From contig DATCDZ010000152.1 of assembly GCA_036510395.1 (NCBI GenBank), positions 4,325 to 68,324 on the forward strand: 64,000 nucleotides of DNA, written 5' to 3'. The DNA is from Verrucomicrobiia bacterium. GTDB lineage: Bacteria; Verrucomicrobiota; Verrucomicrobiia; Limisphaerales; UBA11358. Positions 33,319 to 45,492 of the stretch are shown one piece after another. The notes beneath the pieces are model-generated. The model was not told the origin of the DNA and did not search any database. It worked only from the letters and a program-made list of their open reading frames with translations. How positions within the stretch are numbered: the stretch's first letter is position 1; every line of letters begins with the position of its first letter. Position numbers and translations under genes: made by a program.

Positions 33319-34338
33319 TCACGTCGTCGCTAAAATATTTTCCAGCGCGGCAAAGACTTGTTCCGGTGAAATTCCGGCCATGCAATGGCGCGGGCTGGTG
33401 CAAAAATGGGAGGCGTCGTCGCAGGTGCATTTTGGTCTCTGGATGACGCGGTGTTGCGCGCCGACTGGACGCCAGCGTGTCGGCGACGTGGATCCGAACA
33501 GCCCGATGGTCGGCACGCCCAGCCCGGCGGCGAAATGCATCGGGCCGGTGTCGTTGGAAATGCAGGCGCTGGCGCGCTTGATTACAGCCAGCAGCGTGGC
33601 GAGATTCGTGGGCGGCAGCGCGATGATTTCAGGAACAAGATTTTTCAACTCCTGCAACAGCGCCATTTCGCGCGGATTGGCGCCCATGGTGAAAATTAAT
33701 TTGAAGCCGGCGGTTGTGGCCATCCGATGAAACGCCGCCCAGTGGCCGGACGGCCATTCTTTTTTCGCCATATTTGAACCGATGTGGCAAATGACGGCTC
33801 CATCCGGCAAATTTTTTCCCGCCGCCGCCGCATCCCATTCGGAACTGGTGTGCAATCGGATGTTGATGTCCGATTCAGGCGGCGGCTGGATGCCCCAAGG
33901 CGACAAGAAATCCAGCAGACGCGTAGTTTCATGGCAATCCTGGCGGGTGAGCGGCGGGACATATTGAGTGCAACAAAAACGGCGGCCAACAAAACCTTTT
34001 TCGTAAAGCGGAGCAAGCCTTTCGCGCGCGCCGCACAGGAGGCTCATGATCGCCCCGCGATCGTTGCCGCCAAAATCAACCGAACGGTCAAACCGTTCCG
34101 CCCGCAACGCGCGGATGACCGGCCAGCTCTGTTTGAAAAGTGCGCGTCCGCGAACGCGTGGGATCAGCCAAAGCCGTGTGATGGAGGGTTCGTTTTGCAA
34201 AAGCGGCCCGACCGATTCCGGCGCGAGGACGTGCAGCGCGCAACCGGGATAATGCCGCCGGATCGCCTGAAGCGCGGGAATCATCATCACCGCATCGCCC
34301 AAGGATTTGAACTGGATGGCGAGGATTTTTTCGGGCAT
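33319..34338 (-). CDS. Glycosyltransferase family 9 (heptosyltransferase-like)
   Basis: ILAIQFKSLGDAVMMIPALQAIRRHYP...NDTGPMHFAAGLGVPTIGLFG. Confidence 0.85.
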   Translation of the reverse strand: MPEKILAIQFKSLGDAVMMIPALQAIRRHYPGCALHVLAPESVGPLLQNEPSITRLWLIPRVRGRALFKQSWPVIRALRAERFDRSVDFGGNDRGAIMSLLCGARERLAPLYEKGFVGRRFCCTQYVPPLTRQDCHETTRLLDFLSPWGIQPPPESDINIRLHTSSEWDAAAAGKNLPDGAVICHIGSNMAKKEWPSGHWAAFHRMATTAGFKLIFTMGANPREMALLQELKNLVPEIIALPPTNLATLLAVIKRASACISNDTGPMHFAAGLGVPTIGLFGSTSPTRWRPVGAQHRVIQRPKCTCDDASHFCTSPRHCMAGISPEQVFAALENILATT

Positions 34339-34414
34339 TTGGAAAATGAATTTAAATTATTGCCCAAGACGAAAAAAACAGCCGGTCGAAACCCGGCTGG
34401 TGATTCCAAAAAAG

Positions 34415-35878
34415 CTATTTCTTTTTTTTGAAGTCTTTGCCAAGACGCGCAGCCAGTTTTTTATGCGGCTTGAAACGCGCGTCAATCACCGGACCCAAAA
34501 TGGATGCAAACTTGCGCCGCGACGCGTTCAATTCCCAAAGCAAAGACGGACGGATGAACCCGATCTCGACCGCGTCCTGCACTTCTTTCCATGTGACATA
34601 GCCGGAGTCCAGCGCCTCGCGCAAATGGCCGGCCCAAAGCGCGCCGTTGCGGTTCTTCCGGCTTACCCACGGCTGCGTGTGCATGTCCGTGTAATGGATC
34701 AAATTTGTTTTGCCGGGCGCATATTCTTCCAGTGAATTCCATTCCGGCGGCAACGCGGCGCGGACGGTGTCTGCCGGTTCCAGGCAAACTTCCTTCATCA
34801 ATTGATCGTAATTATAGCGGCCTTCGTCCAGCCCGCGCACGATTTCGTTCAAGTCCCATTTCAAGCGCGAACAATCCAGCAAAAGCACGGCGAATTGTTT
34901 CGGGCGTTTCGGATCGGACGTGGCGCAATGCAGCACGGTCGCGCCGTTAAAAGGCCGGTCCCATAAATCCTGGAAATTCCGCAGCACGAGCATGTCTGCA
35001 TCCAGATAAACCGCGCGTCCGCGATAGCCAGCCAGTTTTGGAATGGCAAAACGACTGAATGAAAAACCTGTTCGCGGCTGGTTTTTCGGATCTTTGGGCA
35101 TCGGAGTTTTCACATGAAGCATATGGTCGAACACGACCGGCAGCGCGCAATGTTTCAAAACGGAAAATTCCAGCACGTGCGCGCCGAGCAACTGGCTTTC
35201 GTCCGTGCCGATGAAAATGCGCACGGGCGTTTCGCTCGTGAGCGGCGCAAAATCAATCCCGTGCCGCCGCACCGTCGAGATCATTCCGTCAAACTGGAGG
35301 TCGAAAGTATTGTGGCCGTTGGCGAGGCGCGTTTTGTCGTCGAGGTCTTTGAATTGCGGCGCGTAGGCGCTGCCGCCGTCCACGCCGAGCGTGCGGATGG
35401 ATTTCGCGCCGGCCGCCGCCAGCAGGCTGATCATCACTTCCGCGCTGAAATAGCCATTTGGAATTTTTGGCGAACCGGTCTCCTGCTGTTCCGAGGAGGC
35501 AAAGTTATACCACACAAGCCGGTTCTCGCGGTCGAGCTTTTTGAGAATTGGAAATTCGTCGAAAAAAGTTTCGAGCGGACGTTTTGCCGCCTCGTGCTTG
35601 ACGTGCGGATAGCGAGGCATCAAAAGAAATCTGGCGTTGCGGTCAATCGCCTCCGCGCAATCGCCCACGACATCAATGTCAATGACGCTGGCCACTTCAA
35701 CGGGCATTTCGCGGACGACGTGGTTGAGCGATAATTTGCGAAACGCGCCCAAGTCAAATTCATTCCTGCGATCCAGTGACAGGCCTTTGCCCAAGACAAG
35801 CCATGAGCCTTTGCCACCGTTGATTTCCGACCACCACTGTTTTAATTCTTTCATAATTGGTTTGCCGCTCAAATTCAA
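34415..35878 (-). CDS. Two-domain protein: unknown N-terminal domain + GT8-like glycosyltransferase
   Basis: The C-terminal half has RIFIGTDESQ...AVYLDADMLV (DxD)...NLIHYTDMHTQPW. I recognise no family for the N-terminal ~215 aa. Confidence 0.65.
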   Translation of the reverse strand: MNLSGKPIMKELKQWWSEINGGKGSWLVLGKGLSLDRRNEFDLGAFRKLSLNHVVREMPVEVASVIDIDVVGDCAEAIDRNARFLLMPRYPHVKHEAAKRPLETFFDEFPILKKLDRENRLVWYNFASSEQQETGSPKIPNGYFSAEVMISLLAAAGAKSIRTLGVDGGSAYAPQFKDLDDKTRLANGHNTFDLQFDGMISTVRRHGIDFAPLTSETPVRIFIGTDESQLLGAHVLEFSVLKHCALPVVFDHMLHVKTPMPKDPKNQPRTGFSFSRFAIPKLAGYRGRAVYLDADMLVLRNFQDLWDRPFNGATVLHCATSDPKRPKQFAVLLLDCSRLKWDLNEIVRGLDEGRYNYDQLMKEVCLEPADTVRAALPPEWNSLEEYAPGKTNLIHYTDMHTQPWVSRKNRNGALWAGHLREALDSGYVTWKEVQDAVEIGFIRPSLLWELNASRRKFASILGPVIDARFKPHKKLAARLGKDFKKKK

Positions 35879-35993
35879 GCTGCTGCCTGCTGCCGCGCAA
35901 TGACATTTGATCTACCCCTGAAAATTCTGCAATTCTTGCCCGACGGATCACGGCGCTTAATGCCAACTCCGGCCAAATTAGGCAAGGCGATAA

Positions 35994-37067
35994 ATGATTG
36001 CGCTTCGCCGGCTGCCTTTGATTTTTTGCTCGACTTGTTTCCTTCAAGCATCCAAAAGTGGCGTTTTAATTGTGATCGGTTGGAAGCCATTTTCGTGGGA
36101 TTCAAATACTGCCAGCGCGCGCCTGCGCTGCTTCGTGCCATGCGCGCAGCTCAAGCAGGCCGGCTGGCCTTGCGAGCTTTTTGAAATTTCTCGTTTGAAC
36201 GATTACAAGTTGGTTGTCTTCCAAAAAGCCTACACAACGGAAGACATAGGGCTGGCCCGGCAACTCAAGGCGCGCAAGGCAAAAATCGTCTTCGACCTGT
36301 GCGACAATCATTTTTATCGAATGACCCACCAGCCTAATCGCGCCGAAGAACTCCACCGCCTTGAACAGATGGTTGAACTGGCCGACATGGTTTCGGTTTC
36401 GACATCCGAACTGGCGAAACTGATCCCTCAAAAAACGACGGCCGTGATTGACGACGCCATGGAAGATTTTTCCGAAAACGGATTGCGAAATTTTTTCATC
36501 CGTAAATTCGGCCTTTGGCATCATCGTTTTTCCAAGTGCGTGCGGCTGGTCTGGTTTGGAACCGCAGGATCCGAAGATCCGCCGTTCGGTTTAATAAACC
36601 TTGCGGCGATCGTCTCGGAACTGAACGAGTTGAATGTTTCAATGCCCGTTTCCTTGACAGTCCTGAGCAATTCCAAAGACAAATTTGAGAAGCAGATTCG
36701 CGATGTAAAATTTCCGGTGCGCTTTTACAAATGGAACAGGGATTCCTTCCGCGCCATTTTTCAACAGCATGACGTTTGCCTGCTGCCGATTTCCAAAAAT
36801 CCTTTCACTGTTTGCAAAACCAACAATCGTTTGTTGCTGTCGCTGCGCTTGGGCATTCCGGTCGTGGCGGATAAAATCCCAAGCTACGAAGAATTTTCCG
36901 GTTTTGTTCCCTTCGGTGACTGGCAAAAGAATATCCGCGCTTACATTGAAAATCCTGAATCAGGCCGCGCGTCTGTCAAAAATGCCCAGGCTTATATCCA
37001 AAACAAGTATCACGATAAGCGCACGGTCCAACAATGGTCTGATCTGCTCGGTTCAATGCTGTATTGA
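35994..37067 (+). CDS. Putative glycosyltransferase (GT1/GT4-like C-terminal half)
   Basis: The only + strand gene of the cluster. ...HDVCLLPISKNPFTVCKTNNRLLLSLRLGIPVVADKIPSYEEF. The start is uncertain. Confidence 0.5.
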   Translation: MIALRRLPLIFCSTCFLQASKSGVLIVIGWKPFSWDSNTASARLRCFVPCAQLKQAGWPCELFEISRLNDYKLVVFQKAYTTEDIGLARQLKARKAKIVFDLCDNHFYRMTHQPNRAEELHRLEQMVELADMVSVSTSELAKLIPQKTTAVIDDAMEDFSENGLRNFFIRKFGLWHHRFSKCVRLVWFGTAGSEDPPFGLINLAAIVSELNELNVSMPVSLTVLSNSKDKFEKQIRDVKFPVRFYKWNRDSFRAIFQQHDVCLLPISKNPFTVCKTNNRLLLSLRLGIPVVADKIPSYEEFSGFVPFGDWQKNIRAYIENPESGRASVKNAQAYIQNKYHDKRTVQQWSDLLGSMLY

Positions 37068-37077
37068 TCGTCACTGG

Positions 37078-37872
37078 TCAGATCGGGCTTTTTTGTGAAG
37101 GCCGGTCCAGTCCCATTTTTCTCGAAATGTCGCCGTTATCAATGAAATCGGGCTGGTTCAATTGCCTGCACAAACCGGCGAATTCTTCCGCGCAGTCGCC
37201 GATGCGCAGAAACGGCGTCGCGCTCAACAAATTGATTTTGCGTTCGCGCAACGCCTCCCGGATTTCGCGCAAGCCTTCGTAATATTCACGGTAGCGCACA
37301 TTCGGATCGTTGCCGGCCCATAAAGTGTGCTGTGCGTGCGCGTGATGATTGTCCGCCAGCGGGGCATTGTCGCAACCGACGAGGATGATGTTTTTCGCGC
37401 CCATGTTCGTCGCCAGATTCACCGCCGACTGCGAAATCGAACTCCAAAGATAAAGATAATTTTCAACCGGTCTGCGAAGCCAGTCCAGATTGCGCCCGGC
37501 CACGCTGGCCTGCCCTTGGATCAGGCTCTCCTTGTTCTCGGGCCGCACAAAATCAAAATAGTAGAATCGCGCTGCGTGGGTTTCGGCAAATTTTCTTTGT
37601 TTGGGCGTGGTGAACTTGATGTATTTTGTGATCCACACGATTTCTTCGCGTGATTCGCCCGTCAGAAATTCAGGGATGTTCAGTTCGGGGCGAATCGTGA
37701 TGCCGTATTTGACGGGCAACATTTGCCACGCCTGGTTCAGCCCGATGGTTATTTTGTCCTCCAGAAACGAAAGCGGGAAGACGCGCAAACTCGTGCCTGT
37801 GCCGACCACATATATGTCCGCGCCCTTGTGCGCACCGTAGAGTTGGCTGACGTAATTCATGGCACGAATCAA
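37078..37872 (-). CDS. DUF115/MptE-like (motility-accessory-factor-like) putative glycosyltransferase
   Basis: GADIYVVGTGTSL...AKNIILVGCD. Confidence 0.5.
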   Translation of the reverse strand: MIRAMNYVSQLYGAHKGADIYVVGTGTSLRVFPLSFLEDKITIGLNQAWQMLPVKYGITIRPELNIPEFLTGESREEIVWITKYIKFTTPKQRKFAETHAARFYYFDFVRPENKESLIQGQASVAGRNLDWLRRPVENYLYLWSSISQSAVNLATNMGAKNIILVGCDNAPLADNHHAHAQHTLWAGNDPNVRYREYYEGLREIREALRERKINLLSATPFLRIGDCAEEFAGLCRQLNQPDFIDNGDISRKMGLDRPSQKSPI

Positions 37873-38750
37873 CTTTTCTGCAAAAGATCAAGCACATCAG
37901 GCCGCACATGTTGTTTTTGCATTTCGTCCTTCAAGAAATCCTCCGTGAAAACTTTGTTGTCCAGACATTCCTTCATCAGATTGATGCAAAAACGCTCCTG
38001 ATTTGAATCGGGATGCTTGAGGTATTTTTCTTCCGTCTGCACCGGCGCTTTTTTGGCGGGCGAAAGCCAGCTCCAAAAGCCGCGCCTGGCCGGTGCGGTG
38101 CGGTAATTCATGTTGTAATCCACAGGCAAACCGGTTTTCCACGGCTGCGTCGAGCGCTCTGTGTTGTGCAGCAATTTGGTTTTTTCGTTGAGCGTGTCGA
38201 AATGGTTCCATTCCTCTTCCAATTCCAAAATGGTGTTCGGGTCTTCGTCGCGCAAAAAAATCCAGTCGCCGTAATCCAGCTTGTGCGCGAACAACCGGTC
38301 AATTTTTTTGTTCCAGTCCCAATGCGGCAGTTGCCCGCAATCCAGCAGCATGGCGCTGGTCGCGTAATAAGGTTTTCCATTGTCCGATTTGATGAGGCGG
38401 CAGACGATTTTTTTTCCGCCCATGTCGCGGTTCAGCAATTCCCAAACGTCAGCCACGGCGAAAATGTCCGGGTCGAGCACCAGTGCGCGTCCTTGAAAAC
38501 CCATTTCCTGCGGCGGCAGAAAACGGATCAGGCTGAACGATTGCAGGTCGCGGTTGTTCCAGGTCACGACGGCGCCTTTGCGGATGTAAGTCTCGCTCTG
38601 ACGTTTGGTCAGGTGCGGATAATCTACCAGATTCAGGATACGCACGTCAAACTTCTCGTTGTTCCGCGAGGCTTTGCGAAGCGAATACTCCGACATTTTC
38701 GCGCCGATCATTTGAACGGGATTCGTATGAATGAACACGGTCGGTTTCAT
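37869..38750 (-). CDS. Nucleotide-diphospho-sugar transferase (GT8-like)
   Basis: RALVLDPDIF...LLHNTERSTQPW parallels the GT8-like domain of 34415-35878. Confidence 0.55.
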   Translation of the reverse strand: MKPTVFIHTNPVQMIGAKMSEYSLRKASRNNEKFDVRILNLVDYPHLTKRQSETYIRKGAVVTWNNRDLQSFSLIRFLPPQEMGFQGRALVLDPDIFAVADVWELLNRDMGGKKIVCRLIKSDNGKPYYATSAMLLDCGQLPHWDWNKKIDRLFAHKLDYGDWIFLRDEDPNTILELEEEWNHFDTLNEKTKLLHNTERSTQPWKTGLPVDYNMNYRTAPARRGFWSWLSPAKKAPVQTEEKYLKHPDSNQERFCINLMKECLDNKVFTEDFLKDEMQKQHVRPDVLDLLQKS

Positions 38751-38782
38751 GGATTGACTTTATTCGGCGTCTTCCGCCGCCG

Positions 38783-38842
38783 TCAATGCTTTTGCGCGAT
38801 GACGTAAGAAAATTTATTTTGGCGGCGATGAAGCAACGCCAG
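38783..38842 (-). pseudogene. Duplicated, internally deleted copy of the 3' end of methyltransferase gene 39547-40515
   Basis: TCAATGCTTTTGCGCGATGACGTAAGAAAATTTATTTTGGCGGCGATGAAGCAACGCCAG aligns with 39547-39621 except for indels. Confidence 0.7.
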
Positions 38843-38843
38843 A

Positions 38844-39533
38844 TCAAGCGGTCTTGGGCTTTTTGGTGCCGACGAGGTTGATCATGCTGGGCACCAGCAA
38901 ATATGGGGCGCGAGTGAACATTCGTGGCGGCGGCCCTATCGGCGAGACTGACGGCGGCGGACGGACTTTCGATTCCTCAGACGTTATAGATCCGCGATAG
39001 ACAACGAATTGATTTGGATCTTCATCAAAACCGGCACTTTCTCCGAAGGCATTGGAGGTGATGCTGTTCAATTCTTTTGCAAAATCAAAATCCGGGAAAA
39101 GGTATTTGAGTCCGGCCGGCGTGAACCGCCAGAAATCATTCGGATATCCATGAAACCGCCATGTAAAAGGCGCGGAAAGAAAGAGCGTGCCGCCCGGTTT
39201 GGTGATACGCGTCAGATTCTGCGCGAACTTGAATATGTTGTCCACATGCTCAATGACGCTGCAACAGATGATCGCCCCGAACTCCCGCCCCAGCTTCTCA
39301 CGAACAACTGAAAAATCCGCCGTGAAATCAACCACCATGTCCACATTGTTCCCCTCCGACATATCCACGCCAACATATTCCAAGCCGTCGAACAGGCTTC
39401 GATAACCAATCGCCGATTTGGTGGCGTAATGGCGCGAACCGATTTCGAGGATTGGAGGATTTGCCAGGTGTCGGTTGGTTCGCACCCATTCGAGTTGGTT
39501 TTTATCGCCCATCGCGCTGTTTGTTTTCCACAA
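38844..39533 (-). CDS. Class I SAM-dependent methyltransferase
   Basis: ILEIGSRHY...VGVDM...FGAIICCSVIEHV...PGGTLFLSAP. Confidence 0.75.
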   Translation of the reverse strand: MWKTNSAMGDKNQLEWVRTNRHLANPPILEIGSRHYATKSAIGYRSLFDGLEYVGVDMSEGNNVDMVVDFTADFSVVREKLGREFGAIICCSVIEHVDNIFKFAQNLTRITKPGGTLFLSAPFTWRFHGYPNDFWRFTPAGLKYLFPDFDFAKELNSITSNAFGESAGFDEDPNQFVVYRGSITSEESKVRPPPSVSPIGPPPRMFTRAPYLLVPSMINLVGTKKPKTA

Positions 39534-39546
39534 CCCTGCATCCGTG

Positions 39547-40515
39547 TCAACACTTTTGCGCGATGACGTGATAACGGTCGCATAAATTTATTTTGGCGGC
39601 GATGAAGCATGGCAGCGCCAGCACGGCGACGCCAAGCGGCGCGTCAACGAGACTGGGGATTTTTTCGTGCTTCATCCAGCCCATATCTGCGAGCAAAAAT
39701 CCCGCGCTGCGAGCGACGTCCTTCGTGACGAATTCCGGAAAAATTTCAACGGATTGAAAACCGGCCTTCTTCAGGCAATCCGCGACGAGCTGCGGCGAAA
39801 ATAAAATGATGTGCCGCGGACAATCCAAGCCCAGCCAGCGGCTGCCGAAAAGCCGGCTGCCCAAACCTGCGGGGTTAGGCGTGGCCAGATGCAACCTGCC
39901 GCCGGGCTTCAATTTACGGAATAAATGTTGCAGCACGTCGGCCGGATCGTAAAGGTGTTCGATGACATGATTCATCCGCACCAGCGTCAGCGATTCGTCA
40001 GGAATTTCCCGCCACAATTTTTCGCCGGCGATTAAACCGCCATGCCCGGCAGCCTTGACTTTTTCGACAACGGATTCGGAAAAATCCACGCCGATGGTCC
40101 GCCAGCCTTTGTGTTTTGCTGTGCCAAGAAATTTTTCCGAGCCGCAGCCATAGTCGAGAAAAACGGAATATCCACGCGGCGGTTGATAAAGCGCTTTCAG
40201 GCGATGCCGCAGCTTGCGCGTTCCGGAGTTCAACAATTTGCCAGTCGCCTTGCGAAAAAATCCCGGCGTGGCCGTTTGTTTCCATTTTTGATATGGCCCG
40301 TAGTCGGACGGATAAAATTTTGAGATCTCCGCCGGGGCTGGCGGCGCGGCCTGGAAACACGCGCCGCACGCGCCGCAGCGCAAATAAATAAATTCATCAT
40401 CGGTGATGCGCAGCAGGCGGTCGCGACCGCGCGTCCAGAAAGAACAGTCGCAGGCGTGGCATACCGGGCAGCAGGATTGAGAAGAAAACGGCAGTTTATT
40501 CATAGATGGATTCAT
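39547..40515 (-). CDS. SAM-dependent methyltransferase with N-terminal Cys4 zinc ribbon
   Basis: CPVCHACDC...CGACGACF; FLDYGCGSEKF...VGVDFS...RMNHVIEHLYDP...PGGRLHLATPN. Confidence 0.75.
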   Translation of the reverse strand: MNPSMNKLPFSSQSCCPVCHACDCSFWTRGRDRLLRITDDEFIYLRCGACGACFQAAPPAPAEISKFYPSDYGPYQKWKQTATPGFFRKATGKLLNSGTRKLRHRLKALYQPPRGYSVFLDYGCGSEKFLGTAKHKGWRTIGVDFSESVVEKVKAAGHGGLIAGEKLWREIPDESLTLVRMNHVIEHLYDPADVLQHLFRKLKPGGRLHLATPNPAGLGSRLFGSRWLGLDCPRHIILFSPQLVADCLKKAGFQSVEIFPEFVTKDVARSAGFLLADMGWMKHEKIPSLVDAPLGVAVLALPCFIAAKINLCDRYHVIAQKC

Positions 40516-41508
40516 CCGCTTGCGCGCATTTATTCAAAGGGACAGTTTGTGGGCGCGACATATTTCCTGAGGAACTCCACAATTTTTTACATCGGTTAAT
40601 TTTGTGCTTGATCCAGAAGATGGCATGCCAGCCTGAACCCAGCATCTGCTTCATTTCCGCAAGGGTGGCGCTCGTTTTCGCGGCGGGCAATCTTCGGAGC
40701 GCATGGATTTGGGCAAAGAGCATCTGTCGTGTGGTCATTTTCCGCAGCCATGGTTTGGCGAAATATTCTTCCAGCAATTGTAAGCTCTCGTTTTTCGTGT
40801 GGCCTCTTTTTTGATTGAATCTGGTCTGCTGCATTGCGTGCTGGCGGAACGCGCAGAGCGTCTCGGCGAGATAGCCGAATTTTCCGTTCTCCAGCAGATG
40901 AAACCACATCTCCATATCCACAAACTGGCTGTAACGCGAGTCATATCCGCGCGCGTCCTGCGGATTTCGGAACATCACGAGCGTCGGTTCACCAATCAAA
41001 TTTGCAGGACGCTCCAGGCAGCGCACGATGATTTTTTTTCCGTCCCACACTCCATCTTGAAAATAGTTCCGAGTCTCAATCACCCGCGAGTGCGCATCAA
41101 TCACTTCCGAAGCGGACGCGACCAGTGAGATGGCAGGATCGCTTTCCATCAGGCCGGCCATTTGGCTGATGGCCGAAGATGAGAGCAGTTTGTCATCGCC
41201 GAAAATAAATTTAACGTATTCTCCGCGCGCCTGTGACAGGCACCAGTTCCAGTTTTGCACCATGCCGAGATTCGCCGGATGAACGTGAAAGCGAATGCGG
41301 TTGTCCTTGGCGGCGTAGCGGGCAATTACCTCGGCGGAATTGTCCGTCGAACAGTCATCGCTGATGAGCAATTCGAAATCCTGATAATCCTGTCCGAGGA
41401 TGGATTCAATCGCCTCCGGCAAATACCGCGCATAATTATATGTCGGAATCAGGACGCTGGCTTTTGGGGCTATCATAGGACGTTTCTCGTTGGACAAATG
41501 CGCGTTCG

Positions 41509-41512
<4 letters not shown>
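40496..41512 (-). CDS. Glycosyltransferase family 2
   Basis: ASVLIPTYNYARYLPEAIESILGQDYQDFELLISDDCSTDNS. Confidence 0.85.
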
Positions 41513-43332
<1,820 letters not shown>

Positions 43333-43386
43333 GGTTTCGGCAATTATGCGCGCACACGCCGAGCAAGGCGAGCAGTTTGTCGGCCT

Positions 43387-44268
43387 TCAGCGGACAAGGC
43401 GGTAATGTTTTTTGTTGAACCGCAGCCCGAACCATTGCTCGAGTCTCAACATGACGCGGTGTTTTTTTTCGCGCGAAGTCAGCTTGTGATCCGGGTCGGC
43501 CTGAAAAATCCCGTCCGCCTTTGGCAGCCATTTCTGCACGGCTTTTGGATGCGTGCCTTCAAATAATTTGAGCGTGGCCGGATCAATTTGCGCGTAGTCA
43601 ACGGACGCCGAAGGCTTCAAATTTTTCTCCCAGTATTTTCCGATGGCGGAAACTTTCAGGTTCATCTGTGCCTCGCTCCGCGCCCAGCCGTAATGATAAA
43701 CCGTCGCGCCCGTGTGCGCCGCGCGCGGATGGCGCGATTTTTTGTGTCCGGCAAGCACGTTGAAAAAAAGCGCCTCGGACGACCACGCGGGAATCGTATT
43801 GCGGATGATCCGCACCTCGCTGCGATACCAGCGCGGCGACCACGCGAAGGTGTTCACGTTGCCGTAAAAATGCAGGTAGTCGAACGCCAGCGCCTCGACA
43901 CGTCCGTCATCCAGATATTTTTCCATCGCCGCGCGGATTTTCGGCAGGTCATTTTCGTGGATGACCTCGTCGGCTTCGAGGTAAAACGCCCAGTCGCCAG
44001 TGCAATTGAACAGCGCGATGGATTTTTGCTGGCCATAGACAAAACCGCCCACGCTGTAATCGCCGCGCAGCCGTTCGTTCCATTGCGTCGGAATAATGCG
44101 GATTTTCGGATCGCCAATTTCCAGCAGCAATTTTTCCGTGTCATCGTCACACGGGCCGAGCGCGACGACAAATTCATCCACCAGCGGCAAAATGGAGCGG
44201 ATGGATTCGGCGAACGGATAGCCGAGCTTCCGCCCGTTCCGCAAAAATGTGAAGCCGCTGATTTTCAT
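43387..44268 (-). CDS. Glycosyltransferase family 2-like
   Basis: ISGFTFLRNGRKLGYPFAESIRSILPLVDEFVVALGPCDDDT...YLEADEV. Confidence 0.65.
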   Translation of the reverse strand: MKISGFTFLRNGRKLGYPFAESIRSILPLVDEFVVALGPCDDDTEKLLLEIGDPKIRIIPTQWNERLRGDYSVGGFVYGQQKSIALFNCTGDWAFYLEADEVIHENDLPKIRAAMEKYLDDGRVEALAFDYLHFYGNVNTFAWSPRWYRSEVRIIRNTIPAWSSEALFFNVLAGHKKSRHPRAAHTGATVYHYGWARSEAQMNLKVSAIGKYWEKNLKPSASVDYAQIDPATLKLFEGTHPKAVQKWLPKADGIFQADPDHKLTSREKKHRVMLRLEQWFGLRFNKKHYRLVR

Positions 44269-44293
44269 TCGCAGGTTTTTTTCATCGCGCGGT

Positions 44294-45109
44294 TCAATGG
44301 TAGTAATAACGGATTTTCCCCGCCACGCGCAATTCCAGCAGCGTGTGTCCGTGCCACAGCCGCTCGAAAATTTTTCGCCAGTTGCCGGCCGTTTTCCGGC
44401 GGATCCGGTTCCAGCGCCGCTGCGCCCAGTTGATTTTCCATTTCCTGCGAAAATATCCGACCGTTTCCGCGCGCGTCGAGCCGCGCGCAGTTTTGAGAGC
44501 CTTCTGCGTCACGCTGCCAAAATGATGGATGTAGGTGCAGCCGCTGACGGCCATCTTGATGCCCGCTTTTTGCGCCCGCCAGAAAAAATCCGTGTCCTCG
44601 TTCCCGCCCTTGTTGAAATTCTCGTCAAAATTCCCAATCACCTCGAACACACTTCGCGCGACCATGAAGCAAACGCCAGAGGCGGTTCCGCGCCGTTGCA
44701 CGGCCTTCATGCTGGCGACATATTCGTGGGCGTAAAGGGACAGGTCATAATCCAGATCGCCCTCGCCCATGCCCGGACTTGCGATGTCCACGCCGTTTTT
44801 TTCCGCGAAATTCAAGAGGCTTTCCAGCCAGCCGGCCGGCACGACCGTGTCATTGTTGAGAAAAACCGTCCACTTCGTTTTGCCGGCCTCAAAACCCTGG
44901 TTCCACGCGGCTGAACACGCACGGTTTTCAGGATTGTGAATCACGCACAACTTCGGTCGCGTCGCCAGAAATTCCGCCGTCCCGTCCGTCGAGGCGTTGT
45001 TGATGACGACAATCATCGAATCGTTGCAGCCCGCCGCGTTGAGGCTTTCAAGGCACTGCCGCGTGAAATGCAGTTGGTTAAAGACAGGAATGACGATGGT
45101 GACGTCCAT
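44294..45109 (-). CDS. Glycosyltransferase family 2
   Basis: VTIVIPVFNQLHFTRQCLESL...VINNASTDGT...FLNNDTVV. Confidence 0.8.
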   Translation of the reverse strand: MDVTIVIPVFNQLHFTRQCLESLNAAGCNDSMIVVINNASTDGTAEFLATRPKLCVIHNPENRACSAAWNQGFEAGKTKWTVFLNNDTVVPAGWLESLLNFAEKNGVDIASPGMGEGDLDYDLSLYAHEYVASMKAVQRRGTASGVCFMVARSVFEVIGNFDENFNKGGNEDTDFFWRAQKAGIKMAVSGCTYIHHFGSVTQKALKTARGSTRAETVGYFRRKWKINWAQRRWNRIRRKTAGNWRKIFERLWHGHTLLELRVAGKIRYYYH

Positions 45110-45126
45110 GATTTTTCAGTGGGGGC

Positions 45127-45429
45127 TTAATCGCCCAGCAATTTTTTCAAATGCTCGCGCGCAGCGGTCTCGCGTTTGTTCGTCTCCGATTTTGGCGGCC
45201 AGTTGCGGCGGATGAAATCAAAATACTCGCAGAAATTTCCAGCGGCCTTTTCCAGAACCGGCTCCGCGCGACGCTCGCGGCATTGCTGCGCGATGCGCGG
45301 ATCGTAATGCGTGCAATTCAGGCAGACGCGCAGATCCGCGCGGCATTTCATGCACGTCTCGCCGCGCCCCGGCTGGCCGCCCAGCGTCCAGGGTTCGCCG
45401 CAATTGTGGCAATGACGGGTCATTTGCAT
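45127..45429 (-). CDS. Small Cys-rich zinc-ribbon protein
   Basis: CHNCGEPW...CMKCRADLRVCLNCTHY...QCRE...FCEYF. Confidence 0.55.
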   Translation of the reverse strand: MQMTRHCHNCGEPWTLGGQPGRGETCMKCRADLRVCLNCTHYDPRIAQQCRERRAEPVLEKAAGNFCEYFDFIRRNWPPKSETNKRETAAREHLKKLLGD

Positions 45430-45456
45430 TTACGATTTGTGATTTACGATTTACGA
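45423..45456. repeat. Heptanucleotide tandem array TTTRYGA (about 5 units)
   Basis: TTTGCA TTTACGA TTTGTGA TTTACGA TTTACGA. It overlaps the start codon region of 45127-45429. Confidence 0.7.
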
Positions 45457-45492
45457 TTGTGCCTGGAAAAGCAATCTCATCGTGCATTAAGA

